Shown: positions 21,801 to 29,941 of the stretch, in pieces
Layout: each line of letters opens with the position of its first letter
How positions within the stretch are numbered: position 1 is the stretch's first letter
DNA from: Candidatus Saccharimonadota bacterium
Lineage (GTDB): Bacteria; Patescibacteriota; Gracilibacteria; BD1-5; UBA2023
Assembly (NCBI GenBank): GCA_963706795.1
Contig: OY970170.1
Coordinates: 1,200,001-1,232,000 of the forward strand
Direction: 5' to 3'
Length of the DNA stretch: 32,000 nucleotides
Program-made: the position numbers and the translations under genes
The notes under the pieces: model-generated
Database searches by the model: none
What the model saw: the letters and a program-made list of their open reading frames with translations, nothing else
Told to the model about the DNA's origin: nothing

Positions 21801-22646
21801 ATGAAAGCCAATCTCAAGAAGTCGATTGCCCTCGCAAGTGCGCTTGCAGTAGTGGCAGTTAGCACACTCTCTGTGTATGCAACCAATACTGCTATTAATG
21901 GTGCTACAGCGTCTTACTCTACAACTACAGTAACAGTTACTAACACTGCTGCTTTCACGAATGGTTCTAACGAGATTACGTTCGCTACAATCAAGAATCT
22001 TGATGGAACTGCAACAACAGGTGGACTCACGCTCACACCTTCTGGAGCAGGAACAAATGACACTTCAGTTCTTACGATCTCTGCGGATCCTTCTACTACT
22101 GATGACAACAAGGTTCTCGTAATCTCATTCGTTACTGCAACAGGTGACTTCGGTACTGCTCAGCTCACGGTTGGTACTCCAGCAAACAATACAGTAAGTG
22201 TTACTGCAAATGTTGTTCCTACACTCTCACTCACTCTTAGTGGAACGACAGTAGCTCTCGGAGCACTCGACTCAAGCACAGTGGTTACGGCAGCAACTCA
22301 CCCAACTGCGACAGTAAGAACAAATGCAATTGGAGGATTCAACCTTCTCGTTGCCAGTTCAAACAACGGACTTCACTCAACTTCTGCAAACTATACAATC
22401 TCAGGAGCAACTGCAAACTCTTCTGAAGGTTATGCACTCGCTGGTACAGAATGAGCAGATCCACAGGGAAATGGAACAACTGCTGCTTCAGTAGTTCTAT
22501 CTAACACTCCTACTCAGCTTGCATCAGGAGGACGTACAGCTGGTTACACTTCTACAATCGATGTAAAGGCTTCCATCTCAGCTCTCACTCCAGCTGCTGG
22601 AGACTACGCTGATACTCTTACATTCACTGTAACTGGTACGTTCTAG
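21801..22646 (+). CDS. secreted 281-aa protein with a C-terminal WxL-like (FxL) module; candidate abundant surface subunit
   Basis: Signal peptide MKANLKKSIALASALAVVAVSTLSVYA/TNT. Track ORF 21801..22454 continues through TGA 22452-22454 to TAG 22644-22646. The C-terminal half (VPTLSLTLSGTTVALGAL..TVRTNAIGGFNLLVAS..AGDYADTLTFTVTGTF) is paralogous to the last roughly 140 aa of the 2530-aa protein. A strong terminator follows. The CDS call is solid, but the WxL-like assignment rests on motifs and architecture only. Confidence 0.85.
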
Positions 22647-22662
22647 TCTGTCATTCGACATT

Positions 22663-22691
22663 AAAAAAGTCTCCAAAATGGAGACTTTTTT
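22663..22691 (+). terminator. rho-independent terminator between the subunit gene and the downstream operon
   Basis: AAAAAAGTCTCC-aaaat-GGAGACTTTTTT: a 12-bp stem, a 5-nt loop and a T-run, 17 nt after the stop codon. Confidence 0.85.
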
Positions 22692-22831
22692 AATCCTTGG
22701 AAATTCTAGTTGTACAGTACTCTCCCCTCTCATAAAAGTTCTCATTGCGCGAAAAAGACTTTTTCGTATGATTCATACTAATTTGAGACAAGAACGCATT
22801 CTTGTTGAGAGACTATTTCTATTTTTCTTCC

Positions 22832-24025
22832 ATGAAATTCCTTTACCGAGCAATACTGTCGATTGGACTTCTCGTATCGATGGCAGACTTGGCACACGCA
22901 GATCTGTCTATTTCTCCGCTCAAGCACGAATTCACTATCGAAGCTGGAACCGAAAAATCAGAAATCATCAAAGTAACGAACGGTACCGACAAGGCAATCA
23001 CGCTCTATACATCTAAAGAAGATTTCATTGCCGGAGGTGACACAGGTACGCCTTCGTTTGTGAAACCACAGGACCGCACAAGCGACACATATGGACTCTC
23101 TGACTGGATTACAGTCGAGGACAAAAATCTCACCCTTGCAAAGGGCGAAACTCGCGAAGTACGCTTTAAGGTCAAGGTTCCAAAAACTGGTGAACCAGGT
23201 GGACACTACGGAGCGATCTTCTTTTCTCCTTCAGCACCAAGTGGATCACAGGTAGCGGTAGTACAGCGACTCTGAGTCCTCGTGCTCGTCAACGTCCCAG
23301 GAAATGTAAAAGTAGAAGGAAAGCTCGACGGATTTGAGATCGGTATGGCCGAAGCTCAAAAGCCATTTGTACCCGCAAACGAATTTAGTGCATTCCCAAT
23401 CACATTTGAGACAAAATTCAAAAATGATGGAAATGTCCACCTCAAGCCAACTGGTAAGATCGAACTTATCGACGAAGACGGCAAGACTCTCAAAAATATC
23501 GGTAAAGAAACCCTCTCAACGCCGCAAGGTCTCTATCTTGGAGAGCAGATGGTTGACTACCTCCCAATCAACAACGGACTCGGAAGCGTTCTTCCAAAGA
23601 GCGAACGTCGATTTGATTACGCATGGGAAGGATTTGGATATTCTGTACTCAATGCTGATGGCACCAAAAGCGTAAAATTTAAGAGTCTCACCGAATACTA
23701 CGCAGATCAGGCAGCCGAAAAACGCCGATTCCTCGCCTTTTATGAGTCAGTCCACAGTAGATTAGTAACCAAAAAGATTACTGCCAATCTCTCGCTCTCC
23801 TACGACGCACCTAACAAAGACCACAAGGACTTCCGAGACTCAAAGACATTTACGGTGACGTATGACGAAGACTATGTCGGAGTGAATTACTACGTTGTTG
23901 GAGGCGTCATTGCTCTCATTCTTCTCGCAGTTTGGTATGTACTCGTATTCCTACCAAAATCACGCGAAAGACTCCGCAAGCAGCTCCTTGAGGAACTCTC
24001 TGCATCTTCTCAAGAACAAGAATAA
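22832..24025 (+). CDS. membrane-anchored two-domain beta-sandwich protein (397 aa) with WxL-interacting-protein (DUF916/DUF3324)-like architecture
   Basis: ATG 22832 gives MKFLYRAILSIGLLVSMADLAHA/DLSISP. ORFs 22802..23275 and 23282..24025 share a frame and are joined across TGA 23273-23275. The N-terminal domain reads LSISPLKHEFTIEAGTEKSEIIKVTNGTDKAITLY...LTLAKGETREVRFKVKVPKTGEPGGHYGAIFF...VLVLVNVPG. A second beta-rich domain follows. The C-terminus is a TM helix plus a charged tail (VVGGVIALILLAVWYVLVFLPKSRERLRKQ). The function is inferred from layout, not from an alignment. Confidence 0.85.
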
Positions 24026-24048
24026 GAAACGAGCCCTAATTCCTTCTT

Positions 24049-24495
24049 ATGTTTCTAAAACGAATCCGCTCGTACGCACTCACGGTTACAACGGTACTCG
24101 TTTTTGCTGTGGCTTCCTTTAGTGACTCGGTGATGGTATTTTCGGACGAGCTCGTGACGATTTTTGCAAACGTAGGAATTACGAATCAACCACCGCTCGT
24201 CACCAGTATTACGCCAAGCGCTTCACCCATGCTCGTGGCTAAAAATACCTATCAGACTTTTAGCGTACAACTCACTGATGCGGATTCGAGCAATATTCTC
24301 TATACAATCAGTACAGCGAGCGGAGTGCTCTTGCCTACATCTGGAACTGCGCCTATTACTGGTGGGAATGCGGAGATCAATTTTACGTATTTTGCGCCTT
24401 CGTATAAAGCAAAACTCGTCCCAATCTATCTCACGCTCAACGACCAATCTGGAAGCACACCAATAGTGCGCCAGATCGATGTTTATGTCTATTAA
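24049..24495 (+). CDS. small secreted Ig-like protein (148 aa)
   Basis: The N-terminus MFLKRIRSYALTVTTVLVFAVASFS is a signal peptide or signal anchor. A single beta-sandwich-like domain follows (NQPPLVTSITPS..FSVQLTDADSSNILYTIS..IYLTLNDQSGSTPIVRQIDVYVY). Stop is TAA. The start lies 23 nt after the upstream stop. There are no in-frame TGA codons. Confidence 0.75.
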   Translation: MFLKRIRSYALTVTTVLVFAVASFSDSVMVFSDELVTIFANVGITNQPPLVTSITPSASPMLVAKNTYQTFSVQLTDADSSNILYTISTASGVLLPTSGTAPITGGNAEINFTYFAPSYKAKLVPIYLTLNDQSGSTPIVRQIDVYVY

Positions 24496-24502
24496 ACCGG
24501 AC

Positions 24503-25555
24503 ATGCAAAACTCCAAAATAAAAGATCCGATATTTGTCTGGACTACATGAGTTATCCTGGTGATTATTGCGATTGCTTCCATACTCTTCCATCTCAAGCC
24601 AAACGAACTCGCCATTCCCGAAGAAACGATCTCAAATGGATCGATTGATTCTTATACTCAAAATCTTTCTGCAAGCGGATCCCACTACGAAAAATCCCCA
24701 GCCTTTGGCAAGGGCGATGAACTCGAAGTGGTCTACGTAATCACTCCAGAAAGTTCGCTGAATTTTTTGGCAGACTTCCGCAAACTCAAAGATTGGCTCA
24801 ATATCGAGACCATCGATATGAATGGCGAGAAAACGAGCCCCAACGTTCTCGATACACCTGTGAGTGGTAGCGGAACAACCGTTCTCAAGATCCGTGGACA
24901 TTCAAAGCAGCCGTCTAATACTGATAGCGCTCTCACAGATGAATCAGTCAGCATCGAGTTTACCTGAAAAAAACCTCAGACCGCCCGCTCATCCAAGATT
25001 ATCACCTCAGAAACAAAATCGAGCAAGGATCTTGTACTCGATCAAACGCAGTTTTCGGTTGGAGAGAATAGCATTCTACGAGTAAATGGCGCTCAAGATC
25101 TCATCGCAAAGATCAGATACCTCAATATCGGCGGCAAGAGCCTACCAGCGATCATCTGACAGGGTAGCGCCTATGCCGTAATCGAGCGTGGAAGCTTTGA
25201 AAAGGGCGACTATTTTGTGGGTGCATTTTTGGATGATGGAACCCTCATCGGTCTCGACGGACAAGCGAGCTTTACTGGCGAGCTCAAGGCAGTGAGTATT
25301 GTTGCAATCGTTCCAAACCGAGTATCATCAGAACACGAAACATTCGTCGTACTTCAGGGCCATGGATTCCAAAAAATGGTCTCAATCCAGCTCAGCAATA
25401 GCTTTATATTCAAAAATCCGTCATTCAGTATTACCAGCGACGAAGTAGCCATTGTAAAGATACCAAAGGGGCTTTCAGCCGGAACCTACATCTTTAATAT
25501 GATGGATACAAAAGGAATCTATACAACCGATACTACTGGATTAACCGTCTACTAA
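24503..25555 (+). CDS. N-terminally membrane-anchored protein with a C-terminal IPT/TIG-like domain (350 aa)
   Basis: ATG 24503 lies 7 nt after the upstream stop and gives MQNSKIKDPIFVWTT-G-VILVIIAIASILFHL (TM helix). ORFs 24560..24967 and 25217..25555 share a frame. In-frame TGA codons are at 24548, 24965 and 25157, with no TAA/TAG between them. The C-terminal VSIVAIVPNRVSSEHETFVVLQGHGFQKMVSIQLSN..IVKIPKGLSAGTYIFNMMDTKG has an IPT/TIG-like pattern. Confidence 0.78.
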
Positions 25556-27883
25556 ATGTCATCTTCCCTCTTCGCTCGATATTGTGCATACGCCGCCCTG
25601 TTTGCCAGCTGTATTTTTGCAGTAGTAGCTCCGGCGTCGGCGGACTATATTGTTAAAAATCTCGAGGTACGAGGCGGAACTTCGTGAGCATTTAGCAATA
25701 CGCTGAGTACAGCATCAACAGGAACTCAGATTGGATTTCGCATTGGTATTATTACGGGGCCTTCTGAGCCACTTCGAGCACATAGAGCGACCCTCGCATT
25801 ACCTATTGGACTCACAGCAAGCGGATATACCGTAGAGAGTCTTGATTGCACAACAGGTATTACCAACGTATCTCAGGCATACAATAATTTTTCGTTTGAT
25901 TATCCAGGAGGCTCAGATTGTGAAATCATTCTCGTGGCAAACTACCGCACAGCAGGACTGAGCGGAAGCCTCTATCAGCCATCAGTAACGCTATCAGATT
26001 CGGTTGACGGGACATTTTTAAATGGGAATGATCTCCTGAGCTCGAGCAATCAGGTGACGCTTAATATAACTTCACTTGTCACCATTCAATCAGCAATTAC
26101 TCGCGATACGAATGGAGATGGGTATATTGACCGCTTTGATCTCACCCTCAACAATCCTGCACCTGCAAGCGCACCGACCTGACCCATCTCGGTGGTTGTT
26201 GATGCAAAAACAGCAACGGGTGTAGTGTTTAGCGCAACACCGTGAGCATTTACCGGAACACTCTCATTTTCGGATGGATACATTCGTGGCAATGAAACAC
26301 CGCGCATCAGCATCGTGGGTGATGCATTTTATGCCTCAGGTGATTACTTTTCAGAAGTCGTAGAAGACGGTGCTGCACCAAAAATTACTGCAACGCCAGC
26401 AGGAGGAACATTCACTGGTAGTAAATCAGTAAGTCTTGCCTCGAGCGAAAGCGGTTCACTCTTCTATACATTTACTGGAAGCGCGAATAGTGGCTCGACA
26501 CTTTATAGCCTACCATTCAGCATCAATTCAAATACTACACTGAGTGTGTTCACACAAGATATTTGGACAAATAGTCGTACAACAAACTTTGTATTTACAT
26601 TCCAGTGTCCGCTTGCCGCACCAGTAAACGGAACAATCAGCGGATACCCAAGCTGTGTAGTTACATGTGACTCTGGCTACCAGCTGAACGGCGGACTCTG
26701 TACAGCAATCCCCCCACCTGCAAGCGGTGGTGGTGGTGGAGGTGGGGGCGGAGGCGGAGGATGAAGCATCGTCGTAGGAACACCGAAGGATACATGTCCA
26801 CAGGGTGATACTTCTGGTAATACCAATGATGGTCGCTGTACACCGCTCATATCAGGCAGTGGCAGTACTTCATCCGGAACCACGAGTGGCAGTGGAACAA
26901 CCGATCCTGTTATCAATCTTCCAGGAAATACCGGAACTCTGAGTCCAATCTCAGGACTTGGCTATGCAACGCTCGATCTCCCCTATTTTACATCGCTTCA
27001 GGCGGCTCGTGATTATCTAAATTCGCAGATTGCAGACACTCGTATCCGAAACTTAATCCGCACGCACTATAATCGTCTCGCCTTTGCAGATGCAAGTTAC
27101 TATCTCTCATTTGATGCGGACTTTGCAAAGACCTACAATCGATCAATTAATGCCTACGTGCTCTATATCCTAAGAAGCGAAGATGTACGAGTTGGTAAAA
27201 ATATTCTCGCATCAAGACAAGAAGTCTCAAAGTCTCTTCTGATCTTAAATACGACCTACACGACTATTAGTACCATTGATACGCGCTATGTTCGTCTTGC
27301 GAAGGTCATTGGCAAATATCCTTCGACTGTATATCGCACAAAGGTAGCTTCGCTTCGTAATAGTCTCACACGTGCTGAACTTCGATATATAGGTAAATTT
27401 AAGCGACTCGTTGTATCTGGAACTATTACTCCTGACGCATTCCAGAAAGCGGTTCAGAGCTATAATCGCTATGTTCTTGTGAAGTCTGTTGCAGTTTTAT
27501 ATGCATCTGCTGCACCTTCAGATGCTCTTGGTAATACGGCATACGACGAAATCGAGGCAATCTATGCACTCAAAATAAAACTCACGTCTCCGGTGAGTGT
27601 TACACCTATTCCGACTCCAGTTATTCCTGTAGCACTTCCAAAAGTGGGTGATTACTACAGCCTCACAAAAAATCTCCAATTCGGAATATCCGACCCTGAA
27701 GTCATGAAACTCCAAACCATTTTAAGGCACTACGGTTATATCAGCAATGAGCCAACAAACTATTTCGGCGATATTACCCGAAAAGCACTCATCAAATTTG
27801 CAGATGAGAAGCTTGGGATTAAAAATTCAAACGGCGTCTTTGATGCTACGGTGCGAAACGCGCTCCTAAATCTCAACTGGTAA
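25556..27883 (+). CDS. secreted 775-aa protein with a CHB_HEX_C/Fn3-associated-like domain, a poly-Gly linker and a C-terminal peptidoglycan-binding (PG_binding_1-like) domain
   Basis: The ATG directly abuts the upstream TAA (25553-25555/25556). Signal peptide: MSSSLFARYCAYAALFASCIFAVVAPASA/DY. ORFs 25934, 26315 and 27158 share a frame. In-frame TGA codons are at about 25685, 26180, about 26243 and 26762. The gaps were checked and are free of TAA/TAG. Stop is TAA 27881-27883. The C-terminus reads LQFGISDPEVMKLQTILRHYGYISNEPTNYFGDITRKALIKFADEKLGIKNSNGVFDATVRNALL, which matches the PG_binding_1 pattern (G..V..LQ..L...GY....G.FG..T..A...F....GL...G). Confidence 0.88.
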
Positions 27884-28771
27884 TTAGGCAGTAGTTCGGT
27901 ATTTATTACGAGGCCTGCCAGTTCAAGAAGCGACCTTGAGATATTTAGAAATTTCACAGAGACAATTTTCGACAGCCATAAGATTGAGTCTCGGGATTTT
28001 TCGATCAGAGAATATCTCATCGGGATTTTTGCCAACTGAATGAAATCCTTCTTCTTGATGCGCGACGAGCCAGGTGATAGCATCCTCGTAGCTGAGATCT
28101 CAAAGATCTGTAAATATTCGATCGAGTCATCTTTTGCAGCCTGGACCTGCAATGACATGTACGGATTCGTCATAGAGATCAGGTCGTGCATAGCCAAGGT
28201 CTACAGAGATTTGGTACGCAAGGAATTCTCAAAGACCAGGGAGCTCACGAATAAACTCATAGGTAGCTTTTGAATCCTTCGCCAGTTCGATTTGTGTCAC
28301 TGTCTTTGGAATGAGGACGGCTATATCCTCGAGCAGCTTCATAATGCGCGATATTTTGTCACCAAAACTCGCATATTGTTGATATCCAGAGACGAGATAG
28401 GCATTCGTGAAGACCTTTTCGCCAGTCGCTTTATATGCATGAAGTCGTTTGTCTGCAGCGAGACGATCAAAGCTCTGGATGGTTTGTAATCCAAGTGCAT
28501 CCATCGTTGCTCATTTATTAAAGAGACGATAGATAATGAGGTTGAAGAGGAGATTACTCGTATCTCCCTTAAGCACTGGAATAATACGATCCGTAATATA
28601 TATCGTTCCTGGATCGAGATCGCGAAAAACATTCGTAAATTTATATTCCCGCAAAATCTGATCATCCGTCCATGGAAGCGGAAGTTTTTTGAGATGCTTC
28701 TTATGAAAAATCGCATGCCTTTCTGTGATATAATACCAGAAGGTCTGAAGATTTTGTGAATGGATGTGCAT
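27884..28771 (-). CDS. aGPT-pyrophosphorylase / 5-hmdU DNA kinase helical-domain-like protein (putative DNA base hypermodification family), 295 aa
   Basis: ATG 28771. ORFs 28511..28771 and 28229..28504 share a frame, and hand translation continues to TAA 27884-27886. Five in-frame TGA codons lie at 28511, 28229, 28127, 28100 and 27923. Motifs: FWYYITERHAIFHKKHLKKLPLPWTDDQILREYKFTNVFRDLDPGT, LFNLIIYRLFN, LPGL-G-EFLAYQISVDLGY and VIAGPGCKR-G-LDRIF. These match my memory of that family (PWT.D.IL..YKF.NV.R.LD..T; G.F.AYQ...DL; GPG..RGL). The CDS call is solid, but the family call needs a profile search. Confidence 0.8.
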
Positions 28772-28811
28772 GCATGCAGTATGACTGACTTCATGTAAAG
28801 TAAAATCAAAA

Positions 28812-28850
28812 GAAGAAAAAATCCTCCTACGCTCTTACGAGCTTCGGAGG
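28812..28850 (-). terminator. rho-independent terminator after the EEP nuclease gene (motif family copy 2)
   Basis: Minus strand: CCTCC-gaag-CTC-GTAA-GAG-cgta-GGAGG, then ATTTTTTCTTCTTTT. The nuclease gene's TAA stop lies inside the loop region. Confidence 0.75.
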
Positions 28851-29806
28851 ATGGATATTAAAACAGTGTGTCAGCAAATTATTCACAGCGGTCTGAGGCA
28901 TGCGTAGACCGGCAAATGATCACTGAGTTTTCTGGAAGCTTTGAGACTTATATTAGTTATAGGCGCAAAGTACATCGCTGGGAAATCGATAACCCCAGAT
29001 TTAGTAACTTCAAAACCCTTCGTGGTGTAAATATTATCGTAGTGATTATTTTTGTGCTCGCCCTGTGGACCAACCTTTGCCTTGAGAGAAGTCAAAGTAT
29101 TGATATTTGGAGTGAGTCCTAATGGCACCAGATGAGGATCTGTTTCAGATGAGCCCAAATTGAAGTCACCCGAAAAGATTGCATATTTTGGTAGTCTCGC
29201 AAATTCGTGAGACCGTGCAATCTCTATGACTTCATTTACTGGTATTTTTTCAGTCGGTATAGTATGGATCTGGTACATCACCACTTTCTTTGAATCCACC
29301 ATGAAAGTTGCTTTGTACGGCTCCCTGTCGACCTCGTTTTCGAGCTCAGATACCAGCCCAGTGCCATCTGGAATGAGGCCAACACGACCACTTTTCCACC
29401 AATACGCGTAGAGTTCACCGCCACTACTGTATGGCTTTGGTCGGTCACTGATACTATAATTGTATTCAGTTCCCGAACTGGTGAGCTCATCTTTCATGGC
29501 TTTTACAGCGCGTTCGCCGACATACCCCAGACTAACTTCTTGTCCGGCAATGATGTCTGGATCCATGGTCATAACGATTTTGGCCATGGTGGCGATTTCT
29601 TCTGGTGATTTGGATTTCCCAAAATTTGCCAGATTCCAGGAGACGACACTGATGGTATCAGCAGGACAGCCATGCGTGACTTTTTTGCGAAGGACAAAGT
29701 TGTCAGATGACCAGGTTGAGAGTGGCTTTTTTACCGGCTCAATAGAGCTACAGCCAGCAATAAAGGCAAACAGAACGAGCAATCCATATTGCCAAATCTT
29801 CTTCAT
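28835..29806 (-). CDS. lipoprotein endonuclease/exonuclease/phosphatase (EEP, DNase I-like) family nuclease
   Basis: MKKIWQYGLLVLFAFIAGC/SS has a lipobox. EEP catalytic blocks are present: VVSWNLANFG, DIIAGQEV, SGDFN and LSDHLPVYACL. The track ORF ends at TGA 28883-28885. Under table 25 it continues for 16 codons (GIICGHTVLISILRSS, including a second TGA) to TAA 28835-28837. Confidence 0.88.
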
Positions 29807-29898
29807 GATATCTTCCTTTCTTTTGGTATTTGTGATCCAAATTGGACTGTCTATTTATACAAAGAATACTGCAACTGTCAAAAGCCATAATCTTCGCA

Positions 29899-29939
29899 TA
29901 AAAAATCCTCCGTACTCTTGCGAGCTTAGGAGGATTTTT
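29899..29939 (-). terminator. rho-independent terminator after the six-repeat protein gene (motif family copy 3)
   Basis: Minus strand: AAAAATCCTCC-taag-CTC-GCAA-GAG-tac-GGAGGATTTTTT. The outer stem is 11 bp and a T-run follows. It starts 3 nt after the TAA at 29942-29944. Confidence 0.8.
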
Positions 29940-29941
29940 GA

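Noticed and set aside
22678-23016. A 112-aa plus-strand ORF that starts inside the 22663-22691 terminator.
   Set aside because: It is out of frame with, and overlapped by, the well-supported 22832..24025 gene. It is Arg-rich with odd composition, and its start lies within the hairpin.
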